Source: Bdellovibrionota bacterium
Lineage (GTDB): Bacteria > Bdellovibrionota_C > UBA2361 > JBIKUX01
NCBI GenBank assembly: GCA_044347345.1
Contig: JBIKUX010000017.1
Coordinates: forward strand, 1-60,139
DNA length: 60,139 nt
Direction of reading: 5' to 3'
A program made the position numbers and the translations under genes. The notes under the pieces are model-generated. The model was not told where the DNA came from. It searched no databases and worked only from the letters and a program-made list of their open reading frames with translations. Positions within the stretch are counted from its first letter, which is position 1. Every line of letters starts with the position of its first letter. Of this stretch, positions 1-9,649 are shown piece by piece.

Positions 1-66
1 TTTGCCGCCAGCAGCCGCTTCCTGGAGAATCCTCACTATCTGATCCTCCGTAAATCGCTTTCTCAT
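1..66 (-). CDS. IS3-family transposase OrfA, N-terminus (partial)
   Basis: Manual translation gives MRKRFTEDQIVRILQEAAAGGK, matching the typical OrfA start MKKRFTEEQIIxILKEAEAG. AGGAGG at 72-77. Not in the ORF track. Confidence 0.88.
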   Translation of the reverse strand, partial: MRKRFTEDQIVRILQEAAAGGK

Positions 67-127
67 CTCGTCCTCCTGTTAAAGAGGACTATACATCATC
101 ACGTAGCTATTACAGGGGGGCAGGGCA
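1..127 (-). mobile_element. Left end of an IS3-family (IS407-group-like) insertion sequence, truncated by the window edge
   Basis: The minus strand from 127 reads TGCCCTGCCCCCCTGTAATAG, a 5'-TG terminus resembling IS407-group TGACCTGCCCC ends. It is followed by an AGGAGG RBS and an OrfA-like start. Confidence 0.85.
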
Positions 128-229
128 CTCCCACTAAGACAATAAAACGTGCCTCCTGAATACTCCTTTACTTAAGATATTTTTGAAATAGGCATTAATC
201 TGATTAAAATCGCTATAGCAATTAGTAAA

Positions 230-2164
230 CTACATTTTTTTAAGAACTTCCTTCACCAAAAGGTAAGGTGTGTAATGTGGATAAAGTTGTATAAGAGTTT
301 TGTTATGTTCTCCCAGATCTCTCGCTATGATTATATTCGCGCTTGATGGATCAGCTAAGGCCGATAACAGCATATAGTTATTAGTAGCGTAATCATCCTT
401 CCTTAATTCAGACATACATTCCTGAGATAATGGCTTATCTGCATCAAACTTTATGGCTCCATCTTTGTAAGGATAATCAGGCAATGAGCGGGCAGAAATT
501 AGTGTATACTTTCGATTTTCGAGCTTTGTTAAAGATTTTATAATCTCACTGTGATTATTTACTCCATTTATTATCCAGTTTTTAGATACAATCTCCCATA
601 GATCGCACGAAGGAATCTTTGCGTAAAAATATTCGGCTTGAGAGGCGGAGACTCCGTGACCTCTTAACCGTGCAATTATTCGCGAACTTAATAGATCTGC
701 CACAAAAATGAGCTTGGGAGAATTCTTTTCAGTTTTAATTGAAGCAATATCAGCTTTGAGCGTCTGAGATCTTAAATGATGCCTATTCATTATTTCGGGA
801 ATTCCGATGAAAAAAATAAGCACCATTATTGCAAAAAAAGCGCTATGTAAGCTGCGTCTAAAATTGGCTCTGTGTTCATTTTTTATCAGTATTTTTAGAA
901 AAACTACCTTGAATGTTAATACTCCGCGCGCTGCTAAAATAAGCATAAATGGGGAGGCTTCATACCAGAGTCTTGGCCCATATATGAAATCAGTGTGCCA
1001 ATACATCACATGAACAAATGCAATCATTACTAATGGTAGTAATAGGATAATAGAACAGATGCGACCAGATTGTGATTGCTTAAAACAAAAAAGAAGTGGA
1101 AAAGCTAGAATCATGAGGCCTGGCACTGCTGAAGAAAATAGCTCCTCGTTTAGAGATAAACCCATTTGAAGGGCGTTAAATAGTCCTCGCGTAAGGGTAT
1201 GATGATTACCCCAAGGGTCAAGATGAAAACCTGGAAGATGGCTTGGCCCCCATAAAAGTTCATAACTGGTAAGCAGCGGGTCGCCTGTAAGGAGATAATT
1301 TGCAATAGGGTAGGTACTACTTATTAGTGCTGCGCCAGATATTCCGATAAAAAGCTTCAATGGTGAATAGTCGATTTTTCTTTTATAAAAAATTAGACAT
1401 AAAAGTGATAATATAACTGCTATGAACATACTTAAGGCAGTTAGTGGTCTTAAGGATGCAATAATTCCTAGTCCCAACGGTACACATACAACTCCGTAGC
1501 TTTTACGATTTAATATAGCCCCTAAGCCTAATAAAATTAGAGAGCTTCCAAAGCAAGTAGTTACATGATTCAAAAAGGATGTGCCGATTGGCAGAATAAA
1601 ACCCATTATCGGAAGGAGCAAAGTAGTAATTTTTTTTATTTTGTGACCGCCGAAGTAGAAGGCGGCTTTAATGGTTGTTATAAAAGTAGTGATTGTTACA
1701 ATTATGGGCACAATCCATACTGCCCCAACTTTAACACCGAGAGCCAGTAGGGCAGGGTGAAACGGCGGATACTGAGAAAACATCCTATTGGCGTTATAAA
1801 CTACGTTTTGAAGAAAGAAGAATTCAAGTGGCCCCCTGACCGGAGCAGTAATAGCTCCTGCTGCATAGATTTTTGCCTGCCAGAGTTGAATAATCCCATC
1901 TAAATCAGCTGGAACCATCTTGAAGATAATAATCGCAAAAATCAGTAGCTCTATCATCCAAAATACTAGGAGTAAGTTAGTTGTAGTTTGACACTTAGAT
2001 ACTTTGGAAAAATAAAGATTTTTTTTAAGTCTCGGGAGATATACTGTTGTAGTAAGGCCTACTATTATCCCAAAAAGTATTGTACGCCACCAAAGAGTTA
2101 TGCTGACAAACGACAACGCAAAAAGTACAAAACCTATGATAAAAAGAAGAAGACTTAAAACCAT
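230..2164 (-). CDS. Polytopic membrane glycosyltransferase, GT-C fold (ArnT/PMT-like)
   Basis: Many TM segments, motifs WQAKIYAAG, FSQYPPFHPALLALG and YGPRLWYE, and a soluble C-terminal domain. Confidence 0.65.
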   Translation of the reverse strand: MVLSLLLFIIGFVLFALSFVSITLWWRTILFGIIVGLTTTVYLPRLKKNLYFSKVSKCQTTTNLLLVFWMIELLIFAIIIFKMVPADLDGIIQLWQAKIYAAGAITAPVRGPLEFFFLQNVVYNANRMFSQYPPFHPALLALGVKVGAVWIVPIIVTITTFITTIKAAFYFGGHKIKKITTLLLPIMGFILPIGTSFLNHVTTCFGSSLILLGLGAILNRKSYGVVCVPLGLGIIASLRPLTALSMFIAVILSLLCLIFYKRKIDYSPLKLFIGISGAALISSTYPIANYLLTGDPLLTSYELLWGPSHLPGFHLDPWGNHHTLTRGLFNALQMGLSLNEELFSSAVPGLMILAFPLLFCFKQSQSGRICSIILLLPLVMIAFVHVMYWHTDFIYGPRLWYEASPFMLILAARGVLTFKVVFLKILIKNEHRANFRRSLHSAFFAIMVLIFFIGIPEIMNRHHLRSQTLKADIASIKTEKNSPKLIFVADLLSSRIIARLRGHGVSASQAEYFYAKIPSCDLWEIVSKNWIINGVNNHSEIIKSLTKLENRKYTLISARSLPDYPYKDGAIKFDADKPLSQECMSELRKDDYATNNYMLLSALADPSSANIIIARDLGEHNKTLIQLYPHYTPYLLVKEVLKKM

Positions 2165-2328
2165 TATTTTTGATGCCGGAAATTAAAGAGTGACTTTCTT
2201 GAGTCTAAATTTTGTGGCATAGGTTGATCATGGTCGATAGTTATCAAAAAATCTATATAGATTTTTCTGCCAAGTAGAGTTTAATAAATCTGACAACTAC
2301 TAACCTTAAACGTAAGTAAATTTAGAGA

Positions 2329-4053
2329 TTGCTTAACGATTCTCAGATTGAGGGAAAATTTTTGTTAGCTTCCATTTATAAACAGTGTGATAAGTTTTCG
2401 GGCATTAATATTAGTAAGTACGTTTTATTTTTGTTGGGTATTTTACCCACTGTGTCTGTAATTTGGTGGCAGGAGTTTTTTTTAACCCAAGATGGACCAT
2501 CTCATCTTTATAACGCATTTCTACTGTCGTTGCCTGATGAATACTTCAATCAGCTCAAATTAAGCGAATATTTTACCAGAAATACTTTTTGGAGTGGTAA
2601 TTCCGCAGGATATCTTTTTTTTGTAAGTATCGTGAATTTATTTGGACTGAATAACGCTGAACAAATATTGATTACCATTTATGCGCTTTTCTCGACCTTA
2701 GCTCTGGTAGTTGTACTGCCATGTCGCCTATCAGGTAGGACTATTTTATTTCTCGCAGGCCTTATACCACTGATAGTTCTTAATCCAGCCTTGCATTTTG
2801 GATTTTTTAATTTTTGTTTAGGTATTCCTTTTGGTATTTTGGCGACTGTTTTTTATGTAAGAACCTTATGGTTTGGTCATTTTTCTGTCATTTTCATCTG
2901 TTTTCTAGTAGCAGTGGGAAGCATTGCGGCATTACTTCATCCGGTAGTTGGTGCCTTTGTGGTCGGGTTTAGTAGCTGTTATTTGCTATTTGCGACATTT
3001 TTTTTGCCGAAAAGAGATTACTCAAAGCTAAAAAAGGCGTTTATTTGTCTTCTTCCGCCAAAATTCATAGTTTTTTCATACTATGTAAACTCGCCAGCAT
3101 CCTCTAAGAGCGACTTGATATGGGAGCCTTTCGCAGCTCGGGTAGCTGATTTGCTTCACGGAAGTCTTATTGGAGGTTCCCATACACCTTCTGCGAGGAT
3201 AGTTGCGATAATATTAATCGCAGTGGCAACTTTAAATATTATTGCCCAGCTTTCCGGTAAAAATACAAGTTCAGAGAGTTTTCCCAATTCTTTTCAGGGA
3301 AGAGCTTGGCAAGTTGTAGCAGTGCAGAAAAATTTGTTTTTAAATGTTGTACCAACATTCTTGGTGTTAAGTTGGTATCTATGCGCACCAGACCACTATG
3401 CAGGTGGCGGATTTATCGGATTAAGATTAGGAATAGCTCTGATTATTACCTTATTTATAGTGGTCGGCACTGGTAAGCCCCCTCCCATAGTGTTGTCACT
3501 TATAGTCATCATAGCATGTGCGGTAAACTTAACTTCTATTATAATTTATCAAGCCAGGCTAAACATTGAAAGAAGAGAGTACTCTAGACTAATTGAAAAA
3601 ATACCACCTAATTCAACTTTGTTGCCTCTTCATTTTAATTTTTCCCCGACCGGTTTAGGATTGCGGTCAACTTATGAACCTACTCGGCATATTGCTGCGT
3701 ATCAAGCAATTAAGAGTAATTTAGTTTTGTTAAACAACTATGAAGCAGACTTCTTTTACTTCCCAGTTCAATTTTTACCTACGCGCTCCCCATACGGTAA
3801 GGTAATTCCTAGTTCCACATATATTATTCCTCCGTCAAATATAGATTTAGATAGTAAGGATTTTTTTAATAGTGGCGGACGGATTGAATATATAGTTTCT
3901 TGGGATTACTACTCTTTTTTAGAACTTGCAGGGGGCAATAAAGATTACCTATATCTACATTCTAAAATATATGAAGGTCGTCGCGTTATAGCCGAAGGAC
4001 GTGGGGCTTGGAAGCATACAATAGGGCATTTATTCCGTTATCACGCGCCTTAA
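2329..4053 (+). CDS. Polytopic membrane protein, probable GT-C-type glycosyltransferase
   Basis: TQDGPSHLYNA acidic motif after the first TM, GFFNFCLGIP, HPV, many TMs and a C-terminal soluble domain. TTG start uncertain. Confidence 0.55.
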   Translation: MLNDSQIEGKFLLASIYKQCDKFSGINISKYVLFLLGILPTVSVIWWQEFFLTQDGPSHLYNAFLLSLPDEYFNQLKLSEYFTRNTFWSGNSAGYLFFVSIVNLFGLNNAEQILITIYALFSTLALVVVLPCRLSGRTILFLAGLIPLIVLNPALHFGFFNFCLGIPFGILATVFYVRTLWFGHFSVIFICFLVAVGSIAALLHPVVGAFVVGFSSCYLLFATFFLPKRDYSKLKKAFICLLPPKFIVFSYYVNSPASSKSDLIWEPFAARVADLLHGSLIGGSHTPSARIVAIILIAVATLNIIAQLSGKNTSSESFPNSFQGRAWQVVAVQKNLFLNVVPTFLVLSWYLCAPDHYAGGGFIGLRLGIALIITLFIVVGTGKPPPIVLSLIVIIACAVNLTSIIIYQARLNIERREYSRLIEKIPPNSTLLPLHFNFSPTGLGLRSTYEPTRHIAAYQAIKSNLVLLNNYEADFFYFPVQFLPTRSPYGKVIPSSTYIIPPSNIDLDSKDFFNSGGRIEYIVSWDYYSFLELAGGNKDYLYLHSKIYEGRRVIAEGRGAWKHTIGHLFRYHAP

Positions 4054-4203
4054 ATGATAATTTATCGAGTCGATTTGAGATGTCACACAAAATTTTTTCG
4101 TGATCAATTCAGTGAGGATTTTTGAAAGGAGTAGCTAAAAATAGGATTAAGTTATCTCAAGGTGTTATGAGTTTTTTGTGTGAGCAAAGATAGATAGGTA
4201 AAA

Positions 4204-5031
4204 GTGAGCAAAAAAATTATTATAACTGGCACTACAGGATATTTAGGTGGCCAATTATGTGAAAAATTGCTGTCGCAAGGTCATATCGTAGTGGGTGTAG
4301 GGCGTGGGGATTCGCCTTCTTTCACCGAGTCATATTCAAACTATCAACATATTAAGTGGGGTAATTTCAATTGTGAAATAGATGCTGATGTAATTGTTCA
4401 TACTGCTGCTATTACAGCCCCTTCGCTGTGTGAAAGTGATCCAGAAATGGCTTGGGGAGTAAATGTGGGTCTGACAGAAAGAGTAATAAAAGTAGCAGTT
4501 GCTACTAATGCCTATGTAATTTTTTGCTCCACTGATCTTGTCTTTGAGGGTTATGATTCAGCTCCAGAGGTAGGATTTCGAGTGAGTGATATTCCAATTC
4601 CAAAATCAGTTTATTCTAGGACTAAACGGTATGCTGAGGAACTAATGCTCCAAGTGATACCAGAACGGGTTGGTATCATGCGTCTATCTCTTATGTACGG
4701 TGCATCAGTCAGTTCTCGAGGAGGTCCCCTCAAACAAGTAGAGGAGTCGCTTCAAAAAAATGAGATCGTACAAGCTTTCTACGATGAATGGCGAACACCT
4801 ATCTTTATTGAAGAAGCAGTGAGAACATGTGTTTATTTAATAAAAAATAAGATAGCTGGAATACATCATTGCTGTGGTCAGGAAAGGCTATCACGATTAG
4901 AACTTTTGCAGAGGCTCTACCCCCAATACCTAACCTTAATTAAAGGTGTATCGCGACTTTCGTACACTGGTAACCCCCCACGAGCCGCAGATGTTAGTCT
5001 ACATTCGACTGGATATTATGGTTTCTACTAA
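4204..5031 (+). CDS. Extended SDR, dTDP-4-dehydrorhamnose reductase (RmlD)-like
   Basis: ITGTTGYLG Rossmann motif, VHTAA, STDLVFEG, YSRTK catalytic YxxxK, DEWRTP. Confidence 0.8.
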   Translation: MSKKIIITGTTGYLGGQLCEKLLSQGHIVVGVGRGDSPSFTESYSNYQHIKWGNFNCEIDADVIVHTAAITAPSLCESDPEMAWGVNVGLTERVIKVAVATNAYVIFCSTDLVFEGYDSAPEVGFRVSDIPIPKSVYSRTKRYAEELMLQVIPERVGIMRLSLMYGASVSSRGGPLKQVEESLQKNEIVQAFYDEWRTPIFIEEAVRTCVYLIKNKIAGIHHCCGQERLSRLELLQRLYPQYLTLIKGVSRLSYTGNPPRAADVSLHSTGYYGFY

Positions 5032-5055
5032 CTAATTAGTTATTATTTAAGGTAG

Positions 5056-6315
5056 CTAATCAGCTAAAGAGCGCGGTATATTTTTGCTTAAAAGTTCATA
5101 ACCATTTGCGGTAACTAAGACATCATCCTCTATACGAATCCCGCCAGCCGGAACGGATCCAAGTCGATTTTTAATATAAATTCCCGGTTCTATTGTTAGC
5201 ACCATCCCCTCTTCTAAATTACCTTTGCCAGAGCGAAGACTGCCAAGGTCGTGAACATCTAATCCTAGCGAATGTCCTATACTGTGGGGGAAAAATGGTT
5301 GGTATAGTTTTTTATTAATAATTGAGTCAGTGGAGCCTTTAAGAATTTTTAGATATTTTAAGCCGTCAACTAAGGTAATGACAGCGGCTTCATGAACGGT
5401 ATTAATGGAGGCTCCTTTTTGAACTTTCGAAAGAGCTGCGTCTTGCATATTGAGGACAAGATTAAAAAGTTCTACCCATATACCTGAGGCTTTTTCTTTT
5501 CCCCCCACTGGTATACAACGGGTGATATCTGCGGCATATCCATCGACCTCGGCCCCACAGTCAATGAGCACAAACTCACCATTTTTTAGTCGCCTATTTT
5601 GATGGCTGTAGTGAAGCACTGAAGCACTCGGTCCAGATGCTACTATTGATCTAAACGCTGGAACAGCACCGCGTATCAGAAATTCAGCTTCCAACGCCCT
5701 AGAAATTTCTAACTCAGATACACCTGAGATGATGTGAGGTAATATGGAATTTAAAGAATCTCCAGTGACTTTTATCGCTCGTTTAATTGTAGCAATTTCA
5801 TGCCGATCTTTCCGTATTCGTAATTGCTCCATAATTACATCAGACAAACCAAAAATTCTTGGCAATGAACTGATTTCATAAGATGACTTCGACAAGAGAG
5901 TATCCACTATAGTTTTCGCAATTCCTCCCTTATCGTTGTTAAAAAAAAGCTGAAAAACACCAGTTATTTCCTTGAGACATTCAGGGATAACTTGATTTAC
6001 TTCTCTTACTTCAATTTGAAGATTTTTACTTAAAGCTTTGGCATCAGTATGTCTTCCATCCCAAATTATCTGATGCTTGGTTGGTTTGTTAGTGATAATA
6101 AGAGGATTAGTCCTATCTGCTTTAACTAAAAGTGCTAAACCCTCGCTTGATGAACCGGTAAGATAAAGTAAGTCACTTTGCTGCCGAAAGGGGAAATATG
6201 TGTCTCGTGATCTATTCGCCCTTACGTTTGAAGATAGAATCAATGCAGCCTTGGGATGAATCTTCTTTAAAACTTGTTGTACTCGTTTTATCCTATTTCG
6301 AAATAATGAGCTCAT
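5056..6315 (-). CDS. pepP: Xaa-Pro aminopeptidase (M24B)
   Basis: FRQQSDLLYLTG N-domain, DCGAEVDGYAADITR, HSIGHSLGLDVHD, TIEPGIY, GIRIEDDVLVT. Confidence 0.92.
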   Translation of the reverse strand: MSSLFRNRIKRVQQVLKKIHPKAALILSSNVRANRSRDTYFPFRQQSDLLYLTGSSSEGLALLVKADRTNPLIITNKPTKHQIIWDGRHTDAKALSKNLQIEVREVNQVIPECLKEITGVFQLFFNNDKGGIAKTIVDTLLSKSSYEISSLPRIFGLSDVIMEQLRIRKDRHEIATIKRAIKVTGDSLNSILPHIISGVSELEISRALEAEFLIRGAVPAFRSIVASGPSASVLHYSHQNRRLKNGEFVLIDCGAEVDGYAADITRCIPVGGKEKASGIWVELFNLVLNMQDAALSKVQKGASINTVHEAAVITLVDGLKYLKILKGSTDSIINKKLYQPFFPHSIGHSLGLDVHDLGSLRSGKGNLEEGMVLTIEPGIYIKNRLGSVPAGGIRIEDDVLVTANGYELLSKNIPRSLAD

Positions 6316-6337
6316 ATTAAACTCTCTTTAAGGTCAC

Positions 6338-7060
6338 TTAAGACAGGATAAATTCCTCCCCCGGAGTAAGTATGACTGATTGTAGCCCTCTTTGAATACA
6401 TTCATTTTGAAAGGATTGCGGAGTTCCAGTTAAAAGGGGAAAAGTAGAATGATGAATAGGAATGTTGACATTAGCGCCGATAATTTCTGCAGCTATTGAG
6501 GCTTCTTTTGGACCCATTGTAAACCTATCACCGACTGGAAGTAGGCATACAGTTGGATTGTAAAGCTGTTTTATGTAGTGCATATCTCCAAAAAGATTCG
6601 TGTCACCAGCATGATAAACTGAGTTATTTGTATCTCTCACTACAACTCCACACGGCTCTCCAGCGTACTTAGTTCGGTGTTTTTCTGATGTGTAAGACGA
6701 AGAGTGAAATGCGTTCGTTAACGTGATATGCAATCCCTTGTACGTAACAGTGCCACCTTTGTTAATAGGTATTATTTTTTCATGAGGGACTCCATCTTCA
6801 TGAAATAATAGACCTAGTTCATAATTTGCTATTATAGAGCTTCCGAGGCGCTTAGTTAGACCTACAACATCTTCAGCATGGTCGCTGTGACCATGAGTGA
6901 CAATAATTAGATCAAGCTCCTTTGGTTCACGCAGCTCTATTGGGCAAAGAGGATTGTTGCTTAACCACGGGTCTATACCGATGACAAAATCGAGTTTGCC
7001 ATCAGAACAATTTAAAAATACTGAAGAGTGGCCAGCAAAGGTGAGCGACTTTATTTTCAT
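6338..7060 (-). CDS. Metal-dependent hydrolase, metallo-beta-lactamase fold (UPF0173-like)
   Basis: GHSS, IDPWL, THGHSDH, YHAGDT, LPVGDRFTMGP, IPIHHSTFP. Confidence 0.9.
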   Translation of the reverse strand: MKIKSLTFAGHSSVFLNCSDGKLDFVIGIDPWLSNNPLCPIELREPKELDLIIVTHGHSDHAEDVVGLTKRLGSSIIANYELGLLFHEDGVPHEKIIPINKGGTVTYKGLHITLTNAFHSSSYTSEKHRTKYAGEPCGVVVRDTNNSVYHAGDTNLFGDMHYIKQLYNPTVCLLPVGDRFTMGPKEASIAAEIIGANVNIPIHHSTFPLLTGTPQSFQNECIQRGLQSVILTPGEEFILS

Positions 7061-7101
7061 AAATTATTCCTACAGTGAAATTCGTAAAATTTAGACTTAG
7101 T

Positions 7102-7815
7102 TTAGCAATTCGGTAATAAAAATCCTTCATTTATTCCGTGAGCGTACGTTTCTGGAGAGATTTTTATAGAGCTTGAAGAAATAATAATATTCCCTTGAGC
7201 AAGTTGTTTTACAACCCAAGGATAGAGTCGATGCTCAATTTCAAGAACCTTGTGAGCTAAAGATTCCGGTGTATCATCCGTTGATACAAGACACCTCGCT
7301 TGGGCGATAATTGATCCGGTATCGACTCCGGCATCTACAACATGAACAGTACATCCGTGATAAATAGAAACTGTAGTATCATTCGCTTTATTCAGTAATT
7401 TGTAGTTAGCAATAACACGAGAGTGGGTATCAAGGCCGGGGTAATCGGGCAGGAGGGACGGGTGAATATTGATAATTTTGTTACAGAATCGCGATAGCAA
7501 GGGCTCTTTGAGTATTTCCATGAATCCAGCTAAAGCAATTACGCCTCGTGAATTAGCGGTGATACCAAATGTTTCTATGGCATCTCCCACAGCTTCTCGG
7601 TAGATTCTGAGGGAATTAAATTTTTCTTTTTCAATTATTGCGACGGGGATACTAAATTTTTCCGCAATACTTATACCTTTTGCTTCTCTATTGTTACTGA
7701 TTACCCCCATAACACGGTAGTGTGATGCGCACCTTGCAAGAGACTCAAAATTACTGCCGCGGCCAGAAATGAGCACTACTACGGGAAAATCTGCAGATAA
7801 CTGAGGATCTTTCAT
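7102..7815 (-). CDS. purN: Phosphoribosylglycinamide formyltransferase
   Basis: VLISGRGSNF, LAGFMEIL, INIHPSLLP, HGCTVHVVDAGVDTGSII. Start placed at ATG 7815, which overlaps the cutA stop as ATGA. Confidence 0.95.
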   Translation of the reverse strand: MKDPQLSADFPVVVLISGRGSNFESLARCASHYRVMGVISNNREAKGISIAEKFSIPVAIIEKEKFNSLRIYREAVGDAIETFGITANSRGVIALAGFMEILKEPLLSRFCNKIINIHPSLLPDYPGLDTHSRVIANYKLLNKANDTTVSIYHGCTVHVVDAGVDTGSIIAQARCLVSTDDTPESLAHKVLEIEHRLYPWVVKQLAQGNIIISSSSIKISPETYAHGINEGFLLPNC

Positions 7816-8159
7816 GAAAATATTTGTGTTGTAACCCACTTATTGTATAATTCGCTGACGTACTCCGGCCTGACTGATATAAATTCCGGTAAATCATAAG
7901 GATGAAGTTCAGCGACTCGTAATTCAAGTTCTTTAAGAAGTTTTTCTGACGTTTTAACGATGAGAAGCGTTTCAGCGGCTCTCTCTAAATTACCCTGCCA
8001 TTTATAGATTGAAGTTAAGTTTGGTAAACAATTTACACAAGCTGCGATACCTTCTGATATGAGTTGTTCGGCAAATTCTTCGGCTGAAAGGGTTTTTTTA
8101 TCTAAAGCTTGTTCAGGCAGTAAACTTGGATATGTGATTAAAACGACTACTGTGGTCAT
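7812..8159 (-). CDS. cutA: Divalent-cation tolerance protein CutA
   Basis: AACVNCLP, SIYKWQG, ETLLIVKT, HPYDLPE. Confidence 0.93.
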   Translation of the reverse strand: MTTVVVLITYPSLLPEQALDKKTLSAEEFAEQLISEGIAACVNCLPNLTSIYKWQGNLERAAETLLIVKTSEKLLKELELRVAELHPYDLPEFISVRPEYVSELYNKWVTTQIFS

Positions 8160-8257
8160 ATCTGGCTCGCAAAAATTGAGGATTTAAAGTAAACTGAGAT
8201 TTAAGATCAGTGGGTAGTATAGTGGTTGAGACTAGTTTAATCGAGATAAAATAGCTT

Positions 8258-8794
8258 ATGAGTAAGATTAGAGTATTATTGAGGCGAGTAAGTCTGGTTT
8301 TGTCACTTACATTTTATGTGGCTTGTATAACTGTAATTTATTCGCAGCAGGTATCAGCTGATGACTCTAGTAAGTATTCACAGGCTTTGGAGACACAGGC
8401 TTTGGAGATACAGGTTCTGGAGACACAGTTGCAGAAAAACCAACAAAAGTCGGGGATAATATCACAGACTAGTTCTGGTGGTTCAGGTACAAATGTAGCT
8501 ATTGAAACATTTGGTAATGTTGCTACTTCAGGTAAAAATACACAACCAATAACAGGTGTAGTTAAGTTGGATAGGCCTGGACGATGGCTAGCGACTATAC
8601 ACAATAATACTGACTCTTCAGTAGAGGGTTACTTCCGATTCATTGAGATGGGAAAAGGAGCTAAAGAATTAAAGTCAACACCATTTTTGCGACAAATTCC
8701 GCCTAAAGGGTCATATCAGCGTGACTTTCCAGTTGGCCCTACAACGATTGACGCAAAATTAGTTGTGATAGAGTGGAAAACGGTAAAAAAATAA
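8258..8794 (+). CDS. Hypothetical exported protein with a beta-rich C-terminal domain
   Basis: Basic N-terminus, hydrophobic stretch and VSA-D cleavage-like site. Contains QALET-type repeats. Confidence 0.6.
   Translation: MSKIRVLLRRVSLVLSLTFYVACITVIYSQQVSADDSSKYSQALETQALEIQVLETQLQKNQQKSGIISQTSSGGSGTNVAIETFGNVATSGKNTQPITGVVKLDRPGRWLATIHNNTDSSVEGYFRFIEMGKGAKELKSTPFLRQIPPKGSYQRDFPVGPTTIDAKLVVIEWKTVKK
8381..8425 (+). repeat. Three 15-bp in-frame tandem repeats (QALET/QALEI/QVLET)
   Basis: caggctttggagaca / caggctttggagata / caggttctggagaca. Confidence 0.85.
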
Positions 8795-8841
8795 TCGGGG
8801 ATATTAGGTACGGGGTTGGTGTTTAATAAGGGGTAAAACAA

Positions 8842-9627
8842 GTGGCTATCAAGCAGACAATAGCAGTCATGTCGGGCAAAGGTGGAGTCGGTAAATCGAC
8901 CGTTGCAGTAAATTTAGCGCTAGCTTTACGGGGTAGCGGTGCGACTGTGGCTTTAATAGATGGGGATTTTTATGGACCAAGTATTCCCACATTAATGGGA
9001 GGTGGTGAGCTTCAAACCAATGATCAGGGACAGATTATTCCGCCGGTACGACACGGAATAAAGTATATGTCGATAGGATTTTTTTTACGTCATCCTGATG
9101 AGGCAGTCATTTGGCGAGGCCCTATGCTGACTAAGGCTTTAACCCAGTTATTTACAGACGTTGTTTGGGGAGATGTTGATTACGCTGTGATTGATATGCC
9201 TCCAGGAACAGGTGATGCGCATCTTTCATTAGCGCAGATGCAGATTATACAGATAGCAGGTGCTCTTGTTGTTACCACACCGCAAGAGGTGGCTCTTGCT
9301 GATGTGCGGAAATCACTCAGCATGCTCAAAAAAGTTAATATTGATGTGCTAGGTATAGTGGAAAATATGGCTGGATTTTCTCTACCAGATGGTACGGTAA
9401 TACCTATCTTTGGTGAAGGTGGTGGATTAAAAACAGCTGAGCAGTTTGATATTCCTTTTTTTGGTTCCATTCCTCTTATCCCTTCTCTCCGAGAGGGAGG
9501 TGACAAAGGAGAGCCAGCTATAATGACCGATGAGCGCGTAGATGGTATATTTCATACATTGAGCCAGAAAGTGATTGCAAGCTTGGATGCAAAGCTTGGG
9601 GCTCCTCAACTTGAAGTAGTAAATTAG
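8842..9627 (+). CDS. mrp: Mrp/ApbC/NBP35-family P-loop ATPase (cysteine-free variant)
   Basis: SGKGGVGKST, DGDFYGPSIP, VIWRGPM, DMPPGTGD, VTTPQ, GIVENM. Confidence 0.92.
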   Translation: MAIKQTIAVMSGKGGVGKSTVAVNLALALRGSGATVALIDGDFYGPSIPTLMGGGELQTNDQGQIIPPVRHGIKYMSIGFFLRHPDEAVIWRGPMLTKALTQLFTDVVWGDVDYAVIDMPPGTGDAHLSLAQMQIIQIAGALVVTTPQEVALADVRKSLSMLKKVNIDVLGIVENMAGFSLPDGTVIPIFGEGGGLKTAEQFDIPFFGSIPLIPSLREGGDKGEPAIMTDERVDGIFHTLSQKVIASLDAKLGAPQLEVVN

Positions 9628-9649
9628 AGTAATAAGAGATTTTTCAAAA

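Noticed and set aside
276-284. Perfect DnaA box TGTGGATAA
   Set aside because: It is a single copy inside a CDS and expected by chance in 60 kb.
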